A model generated the notes under the pieces. That model did not search any database and was not told where the DNA came from. It saw only the letters and a list, made by a program, of their open reading frames with translations. From assembly GCA_963714015.1 (NCBI GenBank), contig OY970223.1, positions 320,001-384,000 of the forward strand: a stretch of 64,000 nt of DNA. Reading direction: 5' to 3'. Below are positions 51,904 to 61,122 of this stretch, piece after piece. This stretch comes from Vulcanimicrobiota bacterium. Lineage in GTDB: Bacteria > Vulcanimicrobiota > Vulcanimicrobiia > Vulcanimicrobiales > Vulcanimicrobiaceae. Position 1 is the stretch's first letter; each line of letters starts with the position of its first letter. Made by a program: the position numbers and the translations under genes.

Positions 51904-52674
51904 ATGAAACGTTGGGCATTTCTGGTTGTCATGGGGACGCTGATCTCCACAGTTGCGCCGGCGGCGGCACAGACGACGCTGCAAGGCTCGTGGTCCATTA
52001 CGCCTTCGGGACAAGCCAACCGCGTACGATTCGAGCTTCGCACCGTCGATGCGGACGGATCCAAGCACAGCGAGAGTTCTGATACCAGGTCCCTGAGTGA
52101 CCTCGGCCTTGCGCAGTCGCAGCTGGATCGAACCGGATCGCCGCTCAATTTTACATTTCGGCGAGAGGCCGGTGAAATCGCATGCACCGGTACCGCTTCG
52201 CGAGGCAGCGGCTTCGGGCACTTCCTCTTCACCGCAAATCCGCGGTACGTTCAAGAGCTGCGGCGTCGTGGGTACTCACTCGATTCGCCGCGGTTGCTGT
52301 TACCGGCAACGCTGCTCGACATCTCGACGGAGTACATGGATTCAATAGCTGCGGCGGGCTTTACTGACGTGAAATTCGGCAACCTGATTGCTTTCAGGGC
52401 GCTGGGTATCGATGCATCGTATATTCAGTCGATGCGCAAGCAGATCGCCGGCGTCGATAGCAAGACCATCGTTCCGCTGCGTGCTCTCAACGTCGACAAC
52501 ACGTACGTGAACGAAATGGCATCAGTCGGCTACAGCCACCTCACCGCCGGCGAGCTGATCCAGATGCGCGCGCTCGGCATCGACGCTGCATTCGTTCGGC
52601 GCGCGCAAGCACACGGGTTCAAGAACCTGACGGTACAGAAGCTCGTCCAAGCCAAAGCGATGGGCGTTCTGTAG
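51904..52674 (+). CDS. Secreted protein with ~35-aa helical repeats
   Basis: Signal peptide; FRALGIDASYI / LRALNVDNTYV / MRALGIDAAFV. Confidence 0.75.
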   Translation: MKRWAFLVVMGTLISTVAPAAAQTTLQGSWSITPSGQANRVRFELRTVDADGSKHSESSDTRSLSDLGLAQSQLDRTGSPLNFTFRREAGEIACTGTASRGSGFGHFLFTANPRYVQELRRRGYSLDSPRLLLPATLLDISTEYMDSIAAAGFTDVKFGNLIAFRALGIDASYIQSMRKQIAGVDSKTIVPLRALNVDNTYVNEMASVGYSHLTAGELIQMRALGIDAAFVRRAQAHGFKNLTVQKLVQAKAMGVL

Positions 52675-52675
52675 G

Positions 52676-55600
52676 CTACGGCCCGGCGACGGCAACCGGA
52701 GCGACGCCGACCGGTATGGGCTCCCCGCGAACGCCGCTCGAAACCTCAATCGGAACGACGCATTGATCTTCGTGCGCGACGACGAACGCCGTTTTGCCGT
52801 CGCTCGAGAACGCCGCACCTTCGGTGCCGCCGCCGACCGGAATAGTGCGAATTGGAGCGTTCGTTGCAAGATCGATCTCGGTAACCGTGCCGGCGAAGTA
52901 GTTGGAAACGAGGGCGATGCTGTCGTCCGGTGATATGGCGATTGCTCCCGCTTCCACTCCCGCTTGAATCGGCGAAAGCGCCGTGGCCGTGCTCAGGTTC
53001 ACCGGAACGACGACGTGATTCGGCGGCTCGCTCACATAGAGCATTCGCCCCGAATGGGAGATGACCAAATTCGAAGGATGCCCTCCCACGGCGATCGGTG
53101 TACCGGCGGTTCGCGAAGACAGGTCGAACGGCACGACGACGCCGGTTTGCCGGTTGCTGTAATACAGCGTTTTTCCGTCGGGCGCGATTGCGATGCCGTC
53201 CGGGGCGATTGCAAGCTTGATGGGCGCGCCGAGGTGAAGTGAAGCCGCATCCAGCGTCTGCAGCGTAGAGTCGTCGCTGTTCGCAAGCCAAAGCGTTCGG
53301 CCGCCGGGCGCGATCGCCATCCGGCTGTTGCCCTTTCCGGCTCCCACACTCGCGATGGTGTTCTGCGAGTCCGTGTCGATGACGGCGATGGTGCCGTCAT
53401 CCGAATTCAACATGTACAGTCTGCGCCGATCCGGGCTAAGCGCAATCGATCGGGAACCACTTCCGATCGTGATTGACGGGCCGAACGCGTGCGAGACCGG
53501 ATCGATGGGCGTGATTGTGTGCGACTGCTCGTTCAGGACGTAGAACGCAGAATGCTCGCCGGGTACGCGGACGACCGCAGTCGCCCGCGGAACGATCGCA
53601 CCGTCGGCGGTGTTTGCTTGAAATACGACGTCGTAGTAGCCCGGTAACACGCCGGCGTCGACGCTGATTTTTGTCGAAATGGCGTTTGTCGCCCCCGGCG
53701 TAAGATCGATCGTCCCCGTGCTCGGCAGGACGTGCACACCGGCCGGAGCCAGCGCGCGCCATCTCAGCGAGACCGGTGCCTCTGATTGCGGAAGCGACGC
53801 TTGAATTTCGATCGACTGACCGGCATTTGGCACTTCAGTGACCGATGCGGGTGCTTGCAGCGCGGCGAGCGTGGCTCGCGGAAACTGTACGGCCGTGGCA
53901 TGGAACGACGGCGGGCCCTCCTGCGGCGAGACTGCCCATGTATCGCCGGGCGAATCTCCCAACGCGTATTTGAAATGAAGCGTGCCGTGCAACGGTAAGT
54001 CGATCCACGATCGGTTCCACGGTTTGCCGTTTACGCTGAAACTTTCGATGTAGGCGTTCGCGTCCGAAGCTGCAGGAGCGTCTATGACGATGTTCGGGCC
54101 GCCCGGCGGATCGATGACGGCGTGGCTGAAGAGCGGCGTGGTAACCGCAAATCCGCGCACCGCCGGATCGAGTGGAAACAATCCGAGCGCGCACCAAACG
54201 TACCATGCGCTCATCGTTCCAAGGTCGTCGTTGCCGCCTTGTCCGACCGGCGTATTCGCCCACAGAGTACGCTGAACTTTACGAACGACCGCCTCTTCGC
54301 GCGCCGGCATTCCGGTGGCAAGATAGACGAAGGGATCGCTCACGCTCGGCTCGTTTCCCATCCATGAATAGGGCTTGTCCTGTCCGGCGTTCAGCATGCT
54401 GAAGTACGCGTCCAACCGTTTCGACGTTGCTGCAGGACCGCCGATTCCGGCGACGAGATCGGACAAGTCTTGCGGAACCATCCACGTATACTGCGCGGAG
54501 TTGCCCTCCTGAAATCCGTTTTGTCCGTCCTCGGTGATGGGCTTTTGCATAAATGCGCCGTCGAGATCGCGGCCGGCCATGTACCCGGTCGCCTTGTCGA
54601 AAACGTTAGCCCAGTCTTGCGAGCGCTTCAGGTAAGTCCGATAGATTTGCCGTTCGTGCAAACTGCGCGCGAATTGAGCGATCGAAAAATCTGCGACGGC
54701 ATACTCCTCGGTTTCGGAAGCTCCGTTGGGGACCGGCGCTACGTTGGTCATGTGCGTGTCCGTCACGTAGCCGCGCTGCAGATATTCGTCGATGCCGGGA
54801 CGCTCGGGATACCACCCTTGACCGGGTGCTCCGCTTACCGCAGTTGCTCCCTTGACCATTGCGTTGAGCGCACCGTGCAGATCGAAGTCGCGCGCACCGA
54901 ATGCATAGTACGAAGCCAGAATCGTATCGGACGGATCTCCTGCCATAACCGCGGTGTAGCCGTTCACGAGCGCCCATTTCGGAAGCCAGCCGCCCTGCTG
55001 CGCGGCATCGACGAGCGACTGGGCCGCGTCGCTCGCTTCACGCGGCGCGACCAGTCCCATGAGCGGAGCCTGCGTGCGATAGATGTCCCATCCTGAAAAA
55101 TTCGCATACTCTTCATGACCGGCGCGAACGCGGTGAGTTCTTCCGTCGAATCCGGGATAGTTTCCCGTTACGTCGCTCTCGACGTTCGGATGAAGCAGTG
55201 CATGATATAGCGCGGTATAGAAGATCGCGCGTTCGTCCGGCGATCCGCCTTGCACGGCGACGCGGCCCAACACGCGTTGCCACGCAGCGGCCGCGCTATT
55301 CCGAACCTGCGTAAAATTCCAGCCGGTGTTTTCGGCACGCAGATTGGCCAGAGCACCGTCGTAGCTTACGAACGAAAGGCCCACTTTTACGCGAATTGTG
55401 GAATCGGGACGCGTGTCGAACGTTACCCAGCCGCCGGTACCGGCACCGTCGGAACTGGCAGCACCGGGCAAGACGGACGCATTCTTCCACGTACCGTACG
55501 ATGTGAACGGGCGGTCGAACCGCGCGACGAAGTAAACGGTGTACGCGTCCGGCATCCCGCAGAAGTGTCCGGTCGTCGCCGAACCTTCGATCTGGTCATT

Positions 55601-56164
55601 TCCGACTATGCGAATATGCGCATCGTCCACGCCGGACTGATCGGACGAAGCGTTGAACAGCAAGTTCGCGCGGTCGCTTGCCGGAAAATCGAACTCGCCC
55701 AAACCGGTGCGCTTGGTCACCGTCAGTTGCGTGCGAATACCGGGGCTGCCGACCGTTACCGCATAGTACCCCGGTGCGGCCTCTTCGCCGGCGTGCGAAA
55801 ACGGTTGGGCCGCCTTTGCCGGATCTGCGAGCGCACCAACCGTCGGAAGAATACCGAAATCGCCGAAGACCGAGCAGCCCGGTCCGGCCAAATGCGTAAG
55901 ACTAAAGCCCGTGATCTGCTTGTCGCCATATTCGTAACCGCCGCCGGCGTTTTGCGATGGCGTGTCCGGACTCCATTGCACCATGCCGAACGGCACGTCG
56001 GCTCCCGGAAAATCGTCGATTACGTCGGTGCCGTCGATACTCTGCGAGGTGCCGATGAACGGATTTACGGAAAGGAGCGGATTTTCAATCGGCGCTGCCG
56101 CGAGTGCAACGGGAAATAGCAGGGCGGCGAACAGCAAAAGCGCCGCGCAACGCGCATTTTTCAC
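52676..56164 (-). CDS. GH92 alpha-mannosidase fused to a YVTN-type beta-propeller
   Basis: VNPFIGT, PGADVPFGMVQWSPDT, GFSLTHLAGPGC, FYTALYH, WDIYR, FQEGNSAQYTWMVP, GNEP, GNDDLGTMSAWYV; C-terminal IALSPDRRRLY repeats. Confidence 0.92.
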   Translation of the reverse strand: MKNARCAALLLFAALLFPVALAAAPIENPLLSVNPFIGTSQSIDGTDVIDDFPGADVPFGMVQWSPDTPSQNAGGGYEYGDKQITGFSLTHLAGPGCSVFGDFGILPTVGALADPAKAAQPFSHAGEEAAPGYYAVTVGSPGIRTQLTVTKRTGLGEFDFPASDRANLLFNASSDQSGVDDAHIRIVGNDQIEGSATTGHFCGMPDAYTVYFVARFDRPFTSYGTWKNASVLPGAASSDGAGTGGWVTFDTRPDSTIRVKVGLSFVSYDGALANLRAENTGWNFTQVRNSAAAAWQRVLGRVAVQGGSPDERAIFYTALYHALLHPNVESDVTGNYPGFDGRTHRVRAGHEEYANFSGWDIYRTQAPLMGLVAPREASDAAQSLVDAAQQGGWLPKWALVNGYTAVMAGDPSDTILASYYAFGARDFDLHGALNAMVKGATAVSGAPGQGWYPERPGIDEYLQRGYVTDTHMTNVAPVPNGASETEEYAVADFSIAQFARSLHERQIYRTYLKRSQDWANVFDKATGYMAGRDLDGAFMQKPITEDGQNGFQEGNSAQYTWMVPQDLSDLVAGIGGPAATSKRLDAYFSMLNAGQDKPYSWMGNEPSVSDPFVYLATGMPAREEAVVRKVQRTLWANTPVGQGGNDDLGTMSAWYVWCALGLFPLDPAVRGFAVTTPLFSHAVIDPPGGPNIVIDAPAASDANAYIESFSVNGKPWNRSWIDLPLHGTLHFKYALGDSPGDTWAVSPQEGPPSFHATAVQFPRATLAALQAPASVTEVPNAGQSIEIQASLPQSEAPVSLRWRALAPAGVHVLPSTGTIDLTPGATNAISTKISVDAGVLPGYYDVVFQANTADGAIVPRATAVVRVPGEHSAFYVLNEQSHTITPIDPVSHAFGPSITIGSGSRSIALSPDRRRLYMLNSDDGTIAVIDTDSQNTIASVGAGKGNSRMAIAPGGRTLWLANSDDSTLQTLDAASLHLGAPIKLAIAPDGIAIAPDGKTLYYSNRQTGVVVPFDLSSRTAGTPIAVGGHPSNLVISHSGRMLYVSEPPNHVVVPVNLSTATALSPIQAGVEAGAIAISPDDSIALVSNYFAGTVTEIDLATNAPIRTIPVGGGTEGAAFSSDGKTAFVVAHEDQCVVPIEVSSGVRGEPIPVGVAPVAVAGP

Positions 56165-56239
56165 AGCACGTTGTTGCGCGTTCGGTTTGCCAAAATCCCG
56201 TCCCCGAAAGGGCTACCGTCCGCTTTCTTGCGGGACGCG

Positions 56240-56272
56240 AAAAGGCCCGCAAATCGAATTCGCGGGCTCTTT
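56240..56272 (-). terminator. Intrinsic terminator
   Basis: Minus strand GCCCGCGAA-TTCGA-TTTGCGGGC-CTTTT. Confidence 0.7.
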
Positions 56273-56292
56273 ACGCCGGAGCTAGGGCGTGT

Positions 56293-57285
56293 CTATTGCG
56301 GCTGACGCGGCCAACCCGCTATGCCCATCGGCTGCGTAATTCCGCTGATGGTGACATACGGAGACGTCGCCGTGCCTTTATATCCGTTTACCGGGCCGGT
56401 CTGATCTGACTGGAAGAACAGCTGGCCTTCTACGATACCGTTGAATGTGGGTTGATTGATGCCGTTCGTGATCGTCTCGGACGGCGTGGACTTGCCGGCG
56501 GGGTACACCGTCACGACGTTGCTTGCGAAGTCGGAGACGTAGACGTCGTCTTTGGCACCGATCGTCACGCAAATCGGTCCGCTTAGTCCGCTCAGCGAAA
56601 GCGGTTTGGGGATCTTGGTGCCGGTTTTTACGATGAAGACTTGGTTGGTCGAATCGCTTGCGACGTAAAGGGTGTCGTTGCTGTCCTCGCCCATTCCCAC
56701 CGGCTGACCGTTAATCGTAATCGTTTCAAATGCTGCGTTCTTACCGGGATGGAACCCCGTCACGGTGTTGTTCCCGAGGTTGCTCGCAAAGACGTTGCCC
56801 TTGGAATCGACTGCGATGCCGTAGTTGCTCGAAAGTCCGCTTGTGATGGTGAAGCTCGGTTTGAACTTTCCGAGCGGATACTCCGTGATCGTGGTGTTGC
56901 CCAGATTTGACACGTAGAGGGTTCCCTTTGTGTCGATTGCCAAACCAACCGGCGCGTTGACGCTTTGGGTGATCTTGCCGATTTGTTTGCCGGTTACGGC
57001 GTTGAAGATGAGGACCTGATTGTGCTGGATATCTGCGACGAAGACTTTCTTCGTCACTCCGGCTGCCATGTAGCCCGGCCCTTCGTTCGGAACCATCGCG
57101 GGAACCATCAGTACACCCGTAACGGCCGGGCCGGGAAGCGCGCGCATCGGCACGCCGTGCTGGATCGAGAGCGTATGGCTGTTTTGGGCTGTGGTGACCG
57201 ACGGCGTCGATCCGCTGCCGCATCCAGCCACGAACGTGGCTATCGCACCGGCTGCGAGTCCGCGTATCATAGGCGTCAAACGCAT
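56293..57285 (-). CDS. Lipoprotein with NHL-like beta-propeller
   Basis: GGAGG RBS; lipobox VAGC; PVGLAIDTKGTLYV, YGIAVDSKGNVF. Confidence 0.82.
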   Translation of the reverse strand: MRLTPMIRGLAAGAIATFVAGCGSGSTPSVTTAQNSHTLSIQHGVPMRALPGPAVTGVLMVPAMVPNEGPGYMAAGVTKKVFVADIQHNQVLIFNAVTGKQIGKITQSVNAPVGLAIDTKGTLYVSNLGNTTITEYPLGKFKPSFTITSGLSSNYGIAVDSKGNVFASNLGNNTVTGFHPGKNAAFETITINGQPVGMGEDSNDTLYVASDSTNQVFIVKTGTKIPKPLSLSGLSGPICVTIGAKDDVYVSDFASNVVTVYPAGKSTPSETITNGINQPTFNGIVEGQLFFQSDQTGPVNGYKGTATSPYVTISGITQPMGIAGWPRQPQ

Positions 57286-57492
57286 AAGAATGCCTCCATC
57301 TGTATAGGTTGGGGCATCGTTCGTTATGCGGGCGCTGAATTGAACCTGCAGTCTGCGCACCGTGCTTAACTACCAACTATTTCTTGTAGTCTACTCGACA
57401 TGAGTACATGGTGTAGAGCAGCTACACGTTCGCGCAATCGAGCCGCCCTAACGCGGTAGCGCTGAGAATCCCGCTGACTATGAGCACGCCTA

Positions 57493-57513
57493 TTGGTTAT
57501 ACGGTATAATCAA
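57493..57513 (+). promoter_or_regulatory. Palindrome over a TATAAT box (probable TetR operator)
   Basis: TTGGTTATAC-G-GTATAATCAA. Confidence 0.6.
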
Positions 57514-57549
57514 AAATGCCAAGACGTCGGTTCGTCGAAATGCCCGGTT

Positions 57550-58149
57550 ATGAGTCCTCGAAAGTACCAAGCGGGTGAGCGCCGGCTGGCTGCCACCGCG
57601 GTTACGCGCGGTAAAATCATCGATGCGGCTCGCGCGTTGCTCTCGGACGCGGATACGGCTGCCTTCAGCATAGACGCGGTCGCCGAACGAGCCGACGTAG
57701 CGCGCATGACCGTCTACTATCAGTTCAAGTCCAAGGCCAAGCTTTTAGAAGCGCTCTTCGACAATCTCGCAGAGCGCTCGAACGCCCGCGACATGAGAAA
57801 GGTCTTCGAAGAAGCCGATCTTTCGAAATCGCTCGCTTTGCTCGTGGAAGTCTTTTGTAACCTTTGGAAAACCGAAGCGCCGCTGCTCCGGCGACTCGCA
57901 GCGATGGCGGCACTGGATCCGGAAGTGGGCGCCGCGTTGAACGAACGCGGAAACTGGCGCCGGGAAGCGCTCTGCGAACTCCTTCGCCGCCTGCCCAACG
58001 CCGCCTATAGCAACGATCTGCCGGACGTCTTGTACGCACTGACCAGCTTCGAGACGTACGAAATGCTGCGCGCCGGACGCCGTCAAGAGAAGATTCCGTC
58101 CGTGCTCAAGCAGGCAGTATCTAAACTTTGCGCCGCGGACGCTCGGTAA
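57550..58149 (+). CDS. TetR family regulator
   Basis: TRGKIIDAARALL...SIDAVAERADVARMTVYYQFKSKAKL. Confidence 0.92.
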   Translation: MSPRKYQAGERRLAATAVTRGKIIDAARALLSDADTAAFSIDAVAERADVARMTVYYQFKSKAKLLEALFDNLAERSNARDMRKVFEEADLSKSLALLVEVFCNLWKTEAPLLRRLAAMAALDPEVGAALNERGNWRREALCELLRRLPNAAYSNDLPDVLYALTSFETYEMLRAGRRQEKIPSVLKQAVSKLCAADAR

Positions 58150-58222
58150 GTCTGTCCGTTTTTCAAAGAACATCGTCGCTTTTTCGAGCGCCAGGCTCCG
58201 TTTTGCGTGCTAGCGTGATGGA

Positions 58223-58995
58223 GTGCTCAAACACCGAGAGGCCGTCAGGGCCGAGTTCGACAAACAGCTCCGTTCTGGAGGCATGACAACGTCACCGAGC
58301 CGCTGCAATCGGTGGTCGAGCGCCTGGAACTACATGCCGGCATGCGCGCAATCGACGTTGCTGCAGGAACGGGGGCGTTCGCGTGTGCGATCGCCCGGCG
58401 CGTCGATCGCGTCACTTGCGCCGATCTGAGCGCGAAGATGATCCAGATTGGGAGACGCTGCGCGCAAGCGCTGAATCTGGACAACGTCGACTTCATCAAT
58501 GCTGCGGCCGAAAGTCTCCCCTTTGAGGATGCCGCTTTCGATTTGGCGGTCACGCGCTTTGCTTTGCATCATGTCCTCGATCCGCAGGCAGTTCTGAGCG
58601 AGATGAGCCGGGTCGTGCGAAACGGCGGCGACGTAGTCGTGGTGGACATGCTTTCGGATGACGATCGCGACATTGCAGCGCGGCAAAACGTTCTCGAACG
58701 TTTCGTCGACGGCACGCACACGCGCATGCTGACCAAAGCGGAAATGCTTCTCGCGATGCGCAGCGCGGGATTGGCGCCGAAAAACGATTTAACGCGCGAC
58801 GTGCGCGTCGATTTCGAGTTGTGGCAGAGTCATCTGGCACCTGCTGAGCCGCAGAAGCAGCGCGTCAAAGCCGCATTGGATTCCGAGATTCGCGGAGGAC
58901 CCGTTACCGGATTCCGGCCGCACATTCACGACGGCCGCATCCATTTCTATCACACTTGGGGAGCAATCGTAGCCCAAAAGGAGGGCATCAGATGA
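58223..58995 (+). CDS. Class I SAM methyltransferase; -1 indel ~58266
   Basis: IDVAAGTG, DLSAKM, AESLPFEDAAFD, ALHH, EMSRVVRNGG. Confidence 0.85.
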
Positions 58996-59534
58996 ATCGC
59001 AGCAAGTTCGTTATATGGTCCGTTCCGGCGCTGAGTGCAATTGCGGTACTGACGTTTGTGCCGCTTCGTCCCGCGCCGGCAACCGGCGCTGGAATGCCGA
59101 CGTCCTGCCAACGGTCGGCGGCATACCGCGGGTTGGATTTTTCCATCGGCGCGTGGGTGGTAAACGTCCCGGGGTTCGCCGGAAAATCATCGAGTGAGAT
59201 TCGCCGTCAGGTGCGCGGCTGCGCCATCGTCGAGCAGTGGAGCGGCGGAGCGGACGCGGGCATGAACGTCGACGCTTATAACTCCGAGGATCATCATTGG
59301 CATCGCTTTTTCGTCGACAGCCAAGGCAAGGTTCACACCTTCGAAGGGACAGCAGGTCCGAACGGCATCGAGTACCGCGGGACCAGCCGCGAGCCGGATG
59401 GAAAGACGTACCTCAACCGGCTCGTCGTTCGCAGTGAAGGCGCAGACAAGATGACGCAACTCTGGCAGAAATCACGCGACGGCAGAGTCTGGAGCACCGC
59501 TTTTGAAGGCATCTATCAGCGCATCGGCCCCTGA
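58992..59534 (+). CDS. Secreted beta-barrel (DUF1579-like) protein
   Basis: Signal peptide; LDFSIGAW, GCAIVEQW, WQKSRDGRVWSTAF; ATGA overlap with upstream gene. Confidence 0.65.
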   Translation: MNRSKFVIWSVPALSAIAVLTFVPLRPAPATGAGMPTSCQRSAAYRGLDFSIGAWVVNVPGFAGKSSSEIRRQVRGCAIVEQWSGGADAGMNVDAYNSEDHHWHRFFVDSQGKVHTFEGTAGPNGIEYRGTSREPDGKTYLNRLVVRSEGADKMTQLWQKSRDGRVWSTAFEGIYQRIGP

Positions 59535-60273
59535 CGCAGCCCCGCGTCGACTCATTCTTGGTGCGTCGTTCGACTATCCGGGACGAATGCTCATCGACCC
59601 GCACAGCCATACGACGCATCAGCTAATCTACGCCGCGCGCGGCGTGATGAGCGTTCACACGGAGCGCGGCGCTTGGGTCGTGCCGCCCAATCGCGCAGTC
59701 TGGGTTCCGGCGTATGCCAAACATTCGATTCGCACCATCGGCGCGGTCAGCATGCGAACGCTCTATGTCGAAACCGCCGTGCGCACCGCTCTTCCGAAGG
59801 ACTACGTGGTCGTAGCGGTTCCGTCGCTGCTGCGGGAACTGATTCTTCGTCTCATCGACATGCAATCCGAGACGCGCGACGTGCGCCGGGAAGCGCGTCT
59901 CGTCGCAGTACTGCTGGACGAACTGAACGGACTCGACGTCGAACCGCTGCACATTCCATTGCCGGAAGACCGCAGGCTTCGGGAAGTCTGCGACGCGATC
60001 CGTTCGGAACCCGGGTCCAACGAAAGTGCCGCCCAGTGGGGCGCGCGATTCGGAATGAGCGCAAAGACCCTCGAGCGCAGTTTCGCTCGCGCGGTAGGGA
60101 TGACGTTCGGTCAATGGCGCAGGCAAGTGCGGTTACTCTCGTCGCTGGAACGTTTGGCGGCGGGCGAAGCGGTAACGGCGGTGGCACTGGATCTGGGATA
60201 CAAGAGCCCGAGCTCCTTCAGCGTGATGTTTCAACGAGCCCTGGGCAATTCTCCGAGCAAATATTTCATCTAA
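59503..60273 (+). CDS. AraC family regulator (cupin + HTH); start uncertain
   Basis: HSH...QLIYA...WVVPPNRAVWVP; GMTFGQWRRQVRL; LGYKSPSSF. Confidence 0.87.
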   Translation: MKASISASAPDAAPRRLILGASFDYPGRMLIDPHSHTTHQLIYAARGVMSVHTERGAWVVPPNRAVWVPAYAKHSIRTIGAVSMRTLYVETAVRTALPKDYVVVAVPSLLRELILRLIDMQSETRDVRREARLVAVLLDELNGLDVEPLHIPLPEDRRLREVCDAIRSEPGSNESAAQWGARFGMSAKTLERSFARAVGMTFGQWRRQVRLLSSLERLAAGEAVTAVALDLGYKSPSSFSVMFQRALGNSPSKYFI

Positions 60274-61056
60274 TCAAGTGCGTCCACGCGGGGCTTGCGC
60301 GCCCAAACCCCGACTTGAAGCGGAAAGTAGGCGTGGACGTGCGCAGCGAGAGCCTCGGCCTTGAGCGGGGCTGCCAGGTCTGCGGCGGGATCAGCGTTCA
60401 ACAGCGTTTGCAGCAACCGGTAACTGCTCGCGCCGTCGCGGCCTATGGGCTGTAACTCGGTTCGTATCGCCGGAACGGGCAGACCCGCTTCGACCAAAGC
60501 GTCGACTAACCGCAACCCCATGTCCATGCGCACGCCGTTGCAACTGAGTGCACTCATCGCGCGCTCGATAAAGCTGCTGTAGAGCGGAAGGTTCGCATCA
60601 GGACCGCGCATCGAACGATAATCCCACTCTTGAAAGATCACCGATCCGCCCGGGCCGAACCAGCGCCGCTGCGCGCCGTACCGCTTCTGCCGGATTGGGC
60701 ACTCCGTCAAGATAAAAGCGGCCGAAGACCGCATCGACGGGCGCCCTCATGCGAAGCTCTTCCAACGCGGTGCACTCGAACGCGACATTGTCGAAGGACT
60801 GTTCGTTTGCGCGCTCGCGAGAAACGGCGACGAGCTCCCGGTCGGCTTCGATTCCCAGAACGTGTCCGCTCTGCCCGACGCGCTCTGCCGCGAGAAACGC
60901 GACATCCCCGGTACGAGACCCTACAATTAGCACGGTCATCCCGGGACGAACGCCGCCCTTGAGGAGCAGATCGCTCGTCAGCGATTGAGCAAAGGCGGAG
61001 ATCTGCGATTGACGCTCCACCTCGCGCGCCAAATCCGGACACAGCGGCAAGTTCAC
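60270..61056 (-). CDS. Methyltransferase-fold protein; +1 indel ~60652
   Basis: GVRPGMTVLIVGSRTGDV...DAVFGRFYL...LVRPG|GSVIFQE...MGLRL...AGLP; SAM motif degenerate. Confidence 0.7.
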
Positions 61057-61122
61057 CAGCCGATCCTAACAGGTCGGGCGTTGCCGCCGCCACGAAGTTC
61101 CCCACATTCTCTGGAGCGTAAT

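Noticed and set aside
2865..61056. Calling the frameshifted genes pseudogenes (genome decay)
   Set aside because: Single-base indels with intact motifs and no internal stops after correction, clustered at AGCT or base runs; sequencing artefact is more likely.
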